Virus record (IMG/VR): IMGVR_UViG_3300045988_183660
Strand: one strand, 5' to 3'
DNA from: a virus
DNA length: 64,000 bases
Below the pieces are notes generated by a model, which saw only the letters and a list, made by a program, of their open reading frames with translations, did not search any database and was not told where the DNA came from. Of the stretch, positions 47,149 through 57,146 are shown in pieces. The position numbers and the translations under genes were made by a program. Position 1 is the first letter of the stretch. Every line of letters begins with the position of its first letter.

Positions 47149-47654
47149 TTATAGATACTTCAATTATAGATAATCCTTTAAATGAAAGAGAAATAAAGCT
47201 TACAGAATCATCAATTAATAAACTGAAATATGTAAAAGATTTTCCTGATAAGCTTCATGGCTATGTATATGTTTGTGAGACAGACATTGGTATAGATAAC
47301 TGTATACATATAAAGATAGGATGTACCAGTAATATATATCAAAGAATCACATCATTAATAAATTCAAATTCAGGCGGCAATATAATAAAAACAGTATATT
47401 ATAGTCCTTCAACATCCATATACCGAACGATTGAATATTTAATGCATGAACATTTTAAAAAATATAATACCGTTAGTGAATGGTACTCAGGTATTACATA
47501 TAAAGAAGCATGTGAATATTTAGATGAATTATGTAACAGTCCGGGATTTGAAAGATGTTCAAAAGAACGTGACAGTCTTATAGAAGAAAGACGGTTACGG
47601 AAATTAAGAAATGAAAAAAATCAGAACAATAGTGATAGTTCACATAATGAATAA
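47130..47654 (+). pseudogene. T5orf172/GIY-YIG-like domain ORF lacking a canonical start codon (open frame from 47130; first ATG only at 47442)
   Basis: HGYVYVCETDIGIDNCIHIKIGCTSNIYQRITSL...SPSTSIYRTIEYLMHEHF...SEWYSGI matches the T5orf172 pattern. GAGGA + 6 nt precedes an ATA codon at 47151. Confidence 0.4.
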
Positions 47655-47676
47655 TTATAAAAAAGGAAGGTTAAAA

Positions 47677-48180
47677 ATGGCAGACATTAATATTTATGAA
47701 CAGATAGCAAAGAAAGTAAAAGAAACATCAAAGGTAACAGAGAGAATATCAGCAGTAATGGCAGTGATAAATGTATTCTTATTAATTTTTGGAATTTATA
47801 TGGCTTTTAATAGTACAAAAAGTACAGGTTATATTATTTTATGTATAGTATCAGCTATATTCTTAGCATTTTGGACGCTTGATATTATGATTACAAAAGA
47901 ATCTGATACAAGAACCATTGGAAAGATTTTTTATAATAAATCACAGCCTAGAAGTGCAAAGATTATAAATTTCAAAGATGAAGGTAATAACAGAATTGTA
48001 ATTGTTAATGATGGTATTAATGAAGATGATTATGAAATTAAAGTTAAGAAGTTAGATATTCCTGAAATTAAAGAAATGAAGATTGGTAATAAAGTAGAAG
48101 TTATATCTTATACAAGATTTCTTTATATGTCATCTAAGACAGTAAGAGAATTAATTATTAATGATAAAGTTTTAATGTAA
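47677..48180 (+). CDS. membrane protein (2 TM) with a C-terminal soluble domain
   Basis: AAAGGAAGG RBS before ATG 47677. The track start at 47611 lacks an RBS. Confidence 0.4.
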   Translation: MADINIYEQIAKKVKETSKVTERISAVMAVINVFLLIFGIYMAFNSTKSTGYIILCIVSAIFLAFWTLDIMITKESDTRTIGKIFYNKSQPRSAKIINFKDEGNNRIVIVNDGINEDDYEIKVKKLDIPEIKEMKIGNKVEVISYTRFLYMSSKTVRELIINDKVLM

Positions 48181-48204
48181 TAATGATTTTATAAGGAGCA
48201 GTTA

Positions 48205-48582
48205 ATGCAAAAAAATATATCAATTAAGGATATGCTTGAAATATCCATAGATGATTTATATGAATGGTATAGTGAAAATTTTATATTAGAGCTGCCAGAT
48301 GTAAAAGACTTAAATACACAGGCAGATTTAATAAATCATATGCTTACACATTTTGCCAATAGTTTTGTATATTTTGACTGTATGGCTAGTGTATTTGAAA
48401 GTATGGTAAGAGAAAAGAAACATATAAAAGCTGCATCATATGAAACAATGCAGTTAATAAGTAAAAGAGATGCACTTATACATTTTGCAGACCAGATGAA
48501 ATTCTGTTATACGGCATTAAGCAGGTCTTGCACAATCAGAGTTGAAAGTAATAAGGAACTTCAAATGTTAAATCATTCCTAA
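48205..48582 (+). CDS. hypothetical protein
   Basis: ORF with an RBS. Confidence 0.35.
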   Translation: MQKNISIKDMLEISIDDLYEWYSENFILELPDVKDLNTQADLINHMLTHFANSFVYFDCMASVFESMVREKKHIKAASYETMQLISKRDALIHFADQMKFCYTALSRSCTIRVESNKELQMLNHS

Positions 48583-48593
48583 AGGAGAAAAGT

Positions 48594-49598
48594 ATGACAA
48601 AAAGAATTGCAGTGCTAATCCCCTGTTATAATGAGGGATTAACAATCAGAAAAGTAGTAGAAGATTTCAAAACATATTTAGACGGCAGTAATGTAAAGAT
48701 ATATGTTTATGATAATAATTCATCTGATAATACGGTATCAGAAGCTAAAGAAGCCGGAGCAATAGTACGACATGAATATAAGCAGGGTAAAGGCAATGTC
48801 ATAAGACGTATGTTTCGTGAAATTGAAGCTGACTGTTATATTATGACAGATGGTGATGATACATATGATGTAAGTAACTGTATGGAAATGGTTAAGCTTG
48901 TTCTTGAGAAAAATGCTGATATGGTAATCGGTGACAGACTTACCGGTGGATATTTTGAAGAAAATAAACGACCATTTCATAATATGGGTAATACATTAGT
49001 AAGAAAGAGTATCAATAAGATATTTAAAAGTGATATAACTGATGTTATGACCGGTTATAGAGCTTTTAGTCGTAATTTTGTAAAGACATTTCCAGTTCTT
49101 TCAAGAGGTTTTGAAGTTGAAACAGAAATGACTATACATGCAATAGATAAAGGTATGCAGCTTGAGAGTATTACCGTCAATTATAAAGACAGAATTGAAG
49201 GCAGTGTAAGTAAGCTTAATACAATTCCTGATGGTATTAAAGTGTTAAAGACTATCAAGAATATGTTTATGACTTATAAGCCATTTACATTTTTTACAGT
49301 TATAGCAGCTTTTTTAAGCCTTATAAGTACAGGATTTTTAATACCTGTAGTTGTTGAATATGCTCATACAGGAGAAGTAGAAAAGTTTCCTACACTTATA
49401 GTCTGTATGGCAGTATATATGTTAGCAATGCTTATATTTATAGCAGGTATCATTTTACAGAATTTAAGACGTAAGGAATTAACTGATTTTGAATATACCT
49501 TAAACAATGTTTCTTGGCAGGGTAAAAATCCTTCAATTGATGCTATTCCTATGAATAGAGAAAAAATAGCAGTCAATAAAAAGGATAAAACAGCTTAA
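48594..49598 (+). CDS. GT2 glycosyltransferase with C-terminal TM helices (GtrB / polyprenyl-phosphate sugar transferase-like)
   Basis: IAVLIPCYNE, DNNSSDNT, TDGDDTYD (DXD) and two C-terminal TM segments. Confidence 0.7.
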   Translation: MTKRIAVLIPCYNEGLTIRKVVEDFKTYLDGSNVKIYVYDNNSSDNTVSEAKEAGAIVRHEYKQGKGNVIRRMFREIEADCYIMTDGDDTYDVSNCMEMVKLVLEKNADMVIGDRLTGGYFEENKRPFHNMGNTLVRKSINKIFKSDITDVMTGYRAFSRNFVKTFPVLSRGFEVETEMTIHAIDKGMQLESITVNYKDRIEGSVSKLNTIPDGIKVLKTIKNMFMTYKPFTFFTVIAAFLSLISTGFLIPVVVEYAHTGEVEKFPTLIVCMAVYMLAMLIFIAGIILQNLRRKELTDFEYTLNNVSWQGKNPSIDAIPMNREKIAVNKKDKTA

Positions 49599-49628
49599 AA
49601 ACTTATTATAATAAAAAAGGGAAATTTT

Positions 49629-51194
49629 ATGAAAGTTAATAAGAAAACATCTATAAAAAATAATAAAGTATCCACAACAGCCAGTACAAATCCTTTAAGT
49701 TGGAAAGAATCTTTATCCTTTTCACTTAAAGTTTCGGCTGTATTAGCATTAATAGCAATAGTTATTCTAATGGCAATGCAATGGCAGGATAATGACCTGT
49801 ATTGGATAATTGCAACCGGCAGGGAACAGTTAAAGAATGGTGTATTAAAAATAAATCCATTTTTTAACTGTGGTGATATAGGATTTATTGCACAGCAATG
49901 GTTATGGAATGATATAGCAGCTGTATTTGATAAGTTTAATATGCTTATACTTTTACAGTTATTACAGATAGCGTTATTTATATTTATATCAACAACCTTA
50001 CTTATTTTTGAAGGCATGAAAAAGTCATATGCATACATATTAAGTATATCAATTTTACCATTTTTATACTGTTTACATTTAAGACCTGAGCTTATAACAC
50101 AGATGTTATTAATAGGTCAGTGTATAATAACAGAATGGTATATAGAAGAACGACAGGAAGGTAAAAAAGTGCAGAATACCTATTTAGCTTTTTTAGGTAT
50201 AATGGCATTAGAAATTAATTTACATGCAAGTATGTGGATATTACACTTTGTTATGTTTTTACCTTATCTTGTTTCAATTGATTTCACAAAAGAATCTAAG
50301 AAAGCTATGTTTAAAGATATGGTTTTAACAGCCTTTAAGAGGATGAAAATATTTATCGTTCCGGCACTTCTTATGGTTATTGGTATGTTTACTAATCCTT
50401 ATGATATTAAGGGCATTACTTATCTGTTTGATAGTTTAAAAGCCGGTATAGTAACTAAATTAAATATCAGTGAACTTCAGAAACCGGATTTGTTCTCTAC
50501 ATATGGATTACAGCTTCTTATAACTCTTATAGTTTTAATAGTTGTTATAATATTAACAATATTAAAATATAAGAAAATAAATGAAGGAAAAGAAAAGAAG
50601 ACACCATTATATTTCACAGAACATATATGTATGATACTTGGATTATTATTTATGTGTCTGTTTAAAGTAAGATATATATATTTCTTCGGAGTAGTAGCAG
50701 TACATTTATTCTGTTTACTTAAGAATCTTCAGAATACAAAATATGAGAAAATATTCAATGTAATTATATGTATATTTGCGATTTTAGCATTTGCAGTTGC
50801 TTTTAATCATACATCAAAAATAAAGGACTTTAAGCATAATACAAATTATGAAGAAATAGTCCAGTATCTTGATGAACATGAAGAAAAGGATGTTAAGATA
50901 TTTACTGATTTTAATAGTGGTGGTTATTTTGAGTATAAAGGATATAAAACATTCTTTGATGCCAGACCGGAACTGTTTTCGAAAGTTATTAATGAAGAAT
51001 ATGATTATTTAGATGAATATGTTAAGTTTATGGATGCTACAGATTCAGAGTTTTGTAATAACTTTATTAATAAATATAATTTTAAATATTATATTGTAAG
51101 TAATGTTAATACCCGTATTAATACTTTCCTTTCTGATAATGACTGGACTTGCGTGGTTAAAACATCTTCAGCTTCACTTTATGTAAAAAAATAA
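49629..51194 (+). CDS. polytopic GT-C-type membrane glycosyltransferase (GtrC/YfhO-like)
   Basis: At least 10 TM segments. Lies directly downstream of the GtrB-like gene. Paralog at 26933. Confidence 0.45.
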   Translation: MKVNKKTSIKNNKVSTTASTNPLSWKESLSFSLKVSAVLALIAIVILMAMQWQDNDLYWIIATGREQLKNGVLKINPFFNCGDIGFIAQQWLWNDIAAVFDKFNMLILLQLLQIALFIFISTTLLIFEGMKKSYAYILSISILPFLYCLHLRPELITQMLLIGQCIITEWYIEERQEGKKVQNTYLAFLGIMALEINLHASMWILHFVMFLPYLVSIDFTKESKKAMFKDMVLTAFKRMKIFIVPALLMVIGMFTNPYDIKGITYLFDSLKAGIVTKLNISELQKPDLFSTYGLQLLITLIVLIVVIILTILKYKKINEGKEKKTPLYFTEHICMILGLLFMCLFKVRYIYFFGVVAVHLFCLLKNLQNTKYEKIFNVIICIFAILAFAVAFNHTSKIKDFKHNTNYEEIVQYLDEHEEKDVKIFTDFNSGGYFEYKGYKTFFDARPELFSKVINEEYDYLDEYVKFMDATDSEFCNNFINKYNFKYYIVSNVNTRINTFLSDNDWTCVVKTSSASLYVKK

Positions 51195-51206
51195 TCTGTA
51201 ATTAAT

Positions 51207-51238
51207 AAAAAGGACTTTTTAATATAAGTCCTTTTTTT
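51207..51238 (+). terminator. rho-independent terminator (AAAGGACTT...AAGTCCTTT + T-run)
   Basis: Inverted repeat with a T-run. Confidence 0.65.
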
Positions 51239-51308
51239 ATTTGTTTTAAAATATATTTGACACTAAAAAACACAAAAAGCTATAAAAAGGTATATAAAGG
51301 TATAAAAA

Positions 51309-53159
51309 ATGTCAGATAAAACAGTAGAAACAATAAAGAAAATAATGATAGATAATAACCTGTCAAGACAGGAATTTGCGAATAAAATAGGAGCAGCTGC
51401 GGGAACTGTAAAAAAATGGGAAAAAGGAAGAACACCATCCTTTGATAATATAAAAAGGATAGAAAATGTGTTCGGTATCAATGTAATGACCGGACATATA
51501 GTAAAACCGGTTAAAAAAGTAATTGATATGAGAAAATACACAGCGGATATAAAAACTGCATATAGCAGTAAACCATCCGTAGTGCAAAAACCAACCGGCA
51601 GCGACAAACCTGATTGCTCTCCTAAGCCTTCTTTTGTAGAACAGAAGAAAACAGATGCGGATACACTTAATATAGAGCAGTTTAAGATTTTTAATGAACT
51701 TGTAGCAGGAGAAAATATATTCCTTACTGGTAATGCAGGTACAGGTAAAAGTTATCTTGTAAATGCTTTTAGTGATTATTGTGATGATAACGGAATAAAC
51801 CTTGTTAAAACAGCTCCTACAGGTGTAGCTGCTTACGAAATAGGTGGTTCAACACTTCATTCTCAGTTTAAATTAGGACTTGGCATCTTAATTGAGAAAC
51901 CTAAGTGGAAGAGTATATATAACTTTTTACTTAATACTGACGTACTTCTTATTGATGAAATAAGTATGGTACGTCTGGATACATTTGATTATCTTGCACA
52001 GATACTTATACTTGCTAATAATAAAAGAAATGAAGAAAATAAAAAGAATATACAGCTTGTTTTTGTAGGAGACTTTTATCAGTTAGCACCGGTTATAAAT
52101 AAAAAAGCTGATGAAGATGTAATATTTGCTGACCATTATGGATGCAATATAGGTGACGGATATGCATTTCAGAGTAAATACTGGAAACTGTTTAAAGTTA
52201 AATTAAGATGTTTAACACAGATTATGAGACAGGATGATAAGGATTTCTGTAATGCTCTTGATAAGTGTAAAACAGGTGATAATACATGTTTACAGTATTT
52301 TATGACACATACATCAGCAAATGAAAATGAAGGTATATGGGTATGTGGAAAGAATGATACAGCACGAAAGAAAAATGAAGAAGGACTTGAAAAGATTAAT
52401 AATGAACTCTTAGTATCTGAAGCTGAATACAGTGGAGATGTATCAAAGGCAGATGGTCTTGCAGAAGATAAGTTTGTATACAAGGTTGGTGCAAGAGTAG
52501 TAATAACATGTAATGATAGTGCAGGAGAGTATAATAATGGCTCACTTGGTATTATTACAGATGTTAATGGTTTAAGTGGTGGATTATTTACCAGTATTAT
52601 TACAGTTAAACTGGATAACGGACATACAGTAATGATTGATAAAAAAGAATCTGATAAATATAAGTATGAAGTTATAGAAGAAGATAAAGAAGTTGAAGTG
52701 ATTAATGAAGATGGTACAGTCACCAAAAAAACTGTTAAGGAAAAGAAGCTTAAAAAGAAAAAGACTGGAAGTGTAACACAGTTTCCATTAAAGCTTGGAT
52801 ATGCAGTAACCATACATAAGTCACAGGGGCAGACGTATGATGCTATGAATTTAAAGCCTGAGATATTTGCAAATGGACAATTATATGTAGCTTTAAGCAG
52901 ATGTAAAAGTGCAGCCGGTATATATATAGAAGGGTATTTAAGTAAACGTATGGTAATGGCATCATCTGAAGTAATAACATATTATAATAATCCTGAAAAT
53001 TATAGCTTCTTTGATAAGGGTGAAGAAAAAATTGAAATTATTATACCACTTAAATATAAAGAAAAAATCGAACAGCTTATAAAGGAATGGGATAAAACCG
53101 ATAAAAATATTCCTGATAAAAATATCCAGACTATTAAACAACAATGGAATTTTGCGTGA
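51309..53159 (+). CDS. XRE-HTH::PIF1/RecD-family helicase fusion
   Basis: N-terminal LSRQEFANKIGAAAGTVKKWEKG HTH, then an S/P/K linker. Helicase motifs TGNAGTGKS, LLIDEISMV, VFVGDFYQLAPV, KSQGQTYD, ALSRCKS. Confidence 0.7.
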   Translation: MSDKTVETIKKIMIDNNLSRQEFANKIGAAAGTVKKWEKGRTPSFDNIKRIENVFGINVMTGHIVKPVKKVIDMRKYTADIKTAYSSKPSVVQKPTGSDKPDCSPKPSFVEQKKTDADTLNIEQFKIFNELVAGENIFLTGNAGTGKSYLVNAFSDYCDDNGINLVKTAPTGVAAYEIGGSTLHSQFKLGLGILIEKPKWKSIYNFLLNTDVLLIDEISMVRLDTFDYLAQILILANNKRNEENKKNIQLVFVGDFYQLAPVINKKADEDVIFADHYGCNIGDGYAFQSKYWKLFKVKLRCLTQIMRQDDKDFCNALDKCKTGDNTCLQYFMTHTSANENEGIWVCGKNDTARKKNEEGLEKINNELLVSEAEYSGDVSKADGLAEDKFVYKVGARVVITCNDSAGEYNNGSLGIITDVNGLSGGLFTSIITVKLDNGHTVMIDKKESDKYKYEVIEEDKEVEVINEDGTVTKKTVKEKKLKKKKTGSVTQFPLKLGYAVTIHKSQGQTYDAMNLKPEIFANGQLYVALSRCKSAAGIYIEGYLSKRMVMASSEVITYYNNPENYSFFDKGEEKIEIIIPLKYKEKIEQLIKEWDKTDKNIPDKNIQTIKQQWNFA

Positions 53160-53233
53160 ATCAGACTTAATTTTGCTTCACCTTTGAAACAATAGATATA
53201 TATGTTATAATGTATAAAAGGACGGTAATAATT

Positions 53234-54493
53234 ATGTATAAAATAAATGAACATATAAAGAGATATCTGCTTAATGAATATAAAGGTTCTGAGCAAAAAG
53301 ACACTATTATATTAAATGATGGCAATAAGTATTTATTAAAGAAGCCAGACCCGACCAGAGAAAAAAATAAAAGGGAATTGCTTTCATATATTAATAACGT
53401 GTATTCAGAATATATAGGCTGCAATATTGCAAAACTATTAGGCTTTGAAGTACAGGAAACAAAATTAGGTGAATATACAACTAAAAATAGATATGGTGAA
53501 GAAGTCACTAAAATTGTATGCTTATGTAAGGATGTAAGAGAAAAAAATGAAAAGATGCGTGAATTTGATACTATATCCTTAAGTTCTGATGTACCGACCA
53601 ATATTGTAACCTTTGATATAACAGAAAATATCATTTCAAATATTCAGGAAAGATTAAATCTATCAGATAATACAACACAGGAAATAAGAGAATTTTATTA
53701 TAAATTGTTTATTTTAGATGCTTTTATCGGAAATACGGACAGGCATAATGGAAATGTAGCTATATTATTAGATGAAAATGATGAACTTTCAAGAATTTCT
53801 CCAATATATGATTGTGGTTCATGTCTGCTGCCATTAGTTGATGATAAAGAGATAATCAATTGTAATTTTCAAAGTCTGGCATTATCCATAAATTCAGTAA
53901 TAAGGACAAATGATATTAAAACAATCAGGTATAATGATTTTTTAATTAATCATAGAGATGAAAACATAGATAATGCTTTATTGGAAATTATCTGCAATAT
54001 TAATCTTGCTGAAATAAATAAAATGATAGATAATACAGATTATATATCTGAGATAAGAAAAGACTTCTATAAAAACATTCTTGAGTTAAGATATAATAAA
54101 ATATTAATCCCTGCATTAGAACAGATTTTCCAAAAAGATAATATATATCTAAAACTCATTCCAGATAATATAGACCTGTATAAAATCTATCGGGATAATA
54201 TTAAGCTTATATCAGATTTAGCTTTCTTTGATAGGCACACTATTTCCTGTGGAAAGAAAAAAGTAGACATTATGAAAGTCAATAAAAAATATGCTCTATG
54301 TATTAAAGATGATAAATGCATAGGACTTATACCTATAAGGTCAAATAATAATGAAGTAAGAGATGCTATCAGATTCTTTAATAAGATTGGATTTGATATA
54401 ATAAATGATAAGATTCAAATTGTAGATTCATTAGTGTATAAACCTAAGCAGGAAAAGCCTAAAATAAAAAAAGACATAGATTTGGAAAGATAA
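53234..54493 (+). CDS. HipA-like kinase (HipA_C-type catalytic motifs), second copy in the window
   Basis: FIGNTDRHNGNVAIL and PIYDCGS motifs. AAAGGA RBS before ATG 53234. Confidence 0.5.
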   Translation: MYKINEHIKRYLLNEYKGSEQKDTIILNDGNKYLLKKPDPTREKNKRELLSYINNVYSEYIGCNIAKLLGFEVQETKLGEYTTKNRYGEEVTKIVCLCKDVREKNEKMREFDTISLSSDVPTNIVTFDITENIISNIQERLNLSDNTTQEIREFYYKLFILDAFIGNTDRHNGNVAILLDENDELSRISPIYDCGSCLLPLVDDKEIINCNFQSLALSINSVIRTNDIKTIRYNDFLINHRDENIDNALLEIICNINLAEINKMIDNTDYISEIRKDFYKNILELRYNKILIPALEQIFQKDNIYLKLIPDNIDLYKIYRDNIKLISDLAFFDRHTISCGKKKVDIMKVNKKYALCIKDDKCIGLIPIRSNNNEVRDAIRFFNKIGFDIINDKIQIVDSLVYKPKQEKPKIKKDIDLER

Positions 54494-54503
54494 GGTAAAT
54501 TAA

Positions 54504-54755
54504 ATGGATATAACAAATGTTTCTTATGACACAATCAGAGATTTTTTTGCTAATGACCCTCATGTTCTTGAACCACTTGAGGAGTTCAAAAAAGCTAAGG
54601 ATAAGTATTTAAAGACTAAGGATATACAGGATAAAATAGACCTTAAAATGAAATATGTTGATATATATGAAGAAATTAAGCTGGCATATTATTGTCATAG
54701 ATATTCTTGGGAGACATTTCTTGCTTTTAAGTCTTTTTTGCAAACTCTGGATTAA
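54504..54755 (+). CDS. hypothetical small protein
   Basis: ORF with an RBS. Confidence 0.3.
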   Translation: MDITNVSYDTIRDFFANDPHVLEPLEEFKKAKDKYLKTKDIQDKIDLKMKYVDIYEEIKLAYYCHRYSWETFLAFKSFLQTLD

Positions 54756-54798
54756 AAACAAAACAAATAAGTTTGCTCAAAGTTATTTATTAGTGCAG

Positions 54799-54855
54799 CT
54801 GCCAACATCTTACATGACTTATCAATGCCTTATTACATAAGTCATATAAGACACA
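54799..54855. repeat. 3-prime module copy (..GACTTATCAATGCCTTATTACATAAGTCATATAAGAC)
   Basis: Related to 4931-4978 and 15037-15082. Confidence 0.45.
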
Positions 54856-54877
54856 GGTAAGCCGTGCAAAAATATTT

Positions 54878-54912
54878 TACCCTCACAGTTTAGGCTGTGG
54901 GGGGTTTTTTTA
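54878..54912 (+). terminator. rho-independent terminator (CCCTCACAG...CTGTGGGGG + T-run)
   Basis: GC-rich stem with a T-run. Confidence 0.6.
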
Positions 54913-55080
54913 TGCACAATTTGTTTTACTTTTATTGCAGCTACACAGTAGATTGCAAGTAAAACAAATTTGTATCATTAAAAATATTTTTTCTTCTTTT
55001 TTATATAAAAAGTCCTTTTTATAGTAAATCTGATTTTTAAAAAATATAAAATGTAATCATAAAAAAAGAAAGTTTGTTTA

Positions 55081-55240
55081 TTAGGACGCAAAATTTGTTT
55101 TATTAGATTTGCCAAATTTTTAAGTTCACTTTATTAGATTTGCCAAAGGCAAATCTAATAAAATGAACTTGTACAGTTCTACGAAGTAGAAATGCTAGTA
55201 TCATAGAACAAATTTAAGCAGTTACGAAGTAAATGCAGGG
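55081..55240. repeat. inverted-orientation copy of the two-hairpin repeat family (GGCAAATCTAATAAA units, TTCTACGAAGTAGAA hairpin)
   Basis: The reverse complement matches CGGTAAATCTAATAAAACAAACTTCGCATCCTAA of copies A and B. Confidence 0.6.
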
Positions 55241-55495
55241 AAGGAGAGAGAAAAAATGAAGCTGACAAAAGAAGATGAAAAGACAATGATATTAATAATT
55301 AAAGCACTTACATTAGTGATTAATTTATCAACCTTATATAAGCTTTTAAAAATCTTAAAGAAATTAATTGCTATTAATCAGAAAATAGCTTCAATGGAAC
55401 AACTAAGAAAGGAATAAAATTATAAAAAATTAAAAAGAAGCAAACTTTCAGATTATATACACATCACTGCCTAACTAAGGAAGGAGAAAATAAGT

Positions 55496-55900
55496 ATGAG
55501 TACAGATTCATACATTGTAATTATTCTAATAATATTTTTTGTAGCTATGTTTCTAACTATGTTTAGATTGATACATTTAATATCCGGTCTTATTGCTTGT
55601 TTCGTTGCATTAATGGCAGCTACACCAGTAATGTCTTTTGATGTATATTCTCATACATCATCAGTGTCGCAAATCTCAATACAGGAAATAAATAAAATAA
55701 GTCCAAGGGATAATAGTGATACATTATTCAATGTCACATATACGGATGCAGAAGATATTAATAGAAAGATAACTGTTAAAGAAATAGTTTACGATTCGGA
55801 TACTACATATATTGAAAAGGCAAGAAAAACATTTTTGTTTCTTTATGAGGACAATTATGTGTTACATGAGCCGCAGGAATTTATAAATAATAATAATTAA
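55496..55900 (+). CDS. small membrane-anchored protein, paralog family A member 1
   Basis: TM helices plus the conserved C-terminal domain NVTYTD...K.TVKEI.YDSD.TYIEKARK.FLFLYED.YVLHEP. Confidence 0.45.
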   Translation: MSTDSYIVIILIIFFVAMFLTMFRLIHLISGLIACFVALMAATPVMSFDVYSHTSSVSQISIQEINKISPRDNSDTLFNVTYTDAEDINRKITVKEIVYDSDTTYIEKARKTFLFLYEDNYVLHEPQEFINNNN

Positions 55901-55915
55901 AGAAAGGAAGAATTT

Positions 55916-56314
55916 ATGAATATAAATTTGTTTATATTTATAGGAATTATATTTTGTTTTATTACAATGCTAAGTCTAATTTACTTTAATGGTATTATAG
56001 GAGTATTTTTAACTTTTTTGATTGCATGTTTAATTTATTTGCCAACAATAGCTCTTAATCATGCAAACTCAAATATTATATCACAAATTTCAGTACAAGA
56101 AATAAATAATATCGAAGCTAAAAATAACAGTGATACATTTTATAATGTTACATATACGGATACTGATGAAAATAGGAAAAAGGTAACTGTTAAAGAAATA
56201 GCTTACGATTCAGATATTACATATATAGAAAAGGCAAGAAAAGCATTTCTATTTCTTTATGAAGATAGCTATGTATTACATGAGCCACAGGGATTTATAA
56301 ATAATAATAATTAA
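55916..56314 (+). CDS. small membrane-anchored protein, family A member 2
   Basis: About 75% identical to member 1 in the C-terminal domain. Confidence 0.45.
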   Translation: MNINLFIFIGIIFCFITMLSLIYFNGIIGVFLTFLIACLIYLPTIALNHANSNIISQISVQEINNIEAKNNSDTFYNVTYTDTDENRKKVTVKEIAYDSDITYIEKARKAFLFLYEDSYVLHEPQGFINNNN

Positions 56315-56330
56315 AGGTAAGGAGAAAATT

Positions 56331-56738
56331 ATGAGATTGATATTAACCTTTGTCTTTTTAGGGGCATTGATTGCAGGAGTACTTACAATAACAGGAATTG
56401 CAACAATACTTATTAGTGATTCAAAGAATATTAAAAAAGAAGTTGTTTTAACAAGCGTGTATTTATTGGCTTTTATAATTCTTACATTAGGATACACACT
56501 GCCTGTAAATCATTATAAGACAGCAATAAAGAACAGTATAAAAGCTGAGTATGGAAATGTATATGAGTATGACTATTGTTATCTTTTAGATACAGGCAGC
56601 TTTACATATGATAATAATTACTATGATATTGAAACAACTAAGGATATTGATAATAACACATATGTTAAAGTAACAAAGGAAAATAATAATAGTAATGCAG
56701 AAAAAGAAAGCTTGAATCTGCCAATAAAGAAAAATTAG
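56331..56738 (+). CDS. small membrane protein (2 TM) with an unrelated C-terminal domain
   Basis: ORF with an RBS (AAGGAGAAAATT). Confidence 0.4.
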   Translation: MRLILTFVFLGALIAGVLTITGIATILISDSKNIKKEVVLTSVYLLAFIILTLGYTLPVNHYKTAIKNSIKAEYGNVYEYDYCYLLDTGSFTYDNNYYDIETTKDIDNNTYVKVTKENNNSNAEKESLNLPIKKN

Positions 56739-56751
56739 AAAGGCTTATGAT

Positions 56752-57111
56752 ATGACATTAATTGAGTATGAACAGTTTTTAAAGGATTTTGATATTCATT
56801 ATAAGGAAGCAGATTTTGGAATAGATGATACATTTTCAAACTGTCTTTTAAAACAGACTTCAAAAAGCCATATAAGTCAATTTTATAAGAAGCGTCACGA
56901 TTTGATAAATCATATAAATGACACTACTGATGTTGTTGCATATGTTAAATTTAAAAATATATACAGAAATAGAAATGACTGTATCAAAAATATAAGCATT
57001 GAAAATAAAATTGTAGCTGATTATAAGGTACTGATTTGGAAAGCCTTATTGCATATTAAAACTACTGAATCAGGCTTTGATGTTCACAGAATAAAATATA
57101 AATCTTCCTGA
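56752..57111 (+). CDS. hypothetical protein
   Basis: ORF. Confidence 0.35.
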   Translation: MTLIEYEQFLKDFDIHYKEADFGIDDTFSNCLLKQTSKSHISQFYKKRHDLINHINDTTDVVAYVKFKNIYRNRNDCIKNISIENKIVADYKVLIWKALLHIKTTESGFDVHRIKYKSS

Positions 57112-57146
57112 GCAACGAGAATAGAGAGTAAAAAGGAGAAAATATT

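Noticed and set aside
55256-55417. 53-aa ORF (MKLTKEDEKTMILIIKALTLVINLSTLYKLLK...) in the repeat-rich gap before the paralog array.
   Set aside because: It is short and lies within an intergenic repeat copy region. It cannot be supported beyond an RBS-like GGAGAG. Left unannotated.
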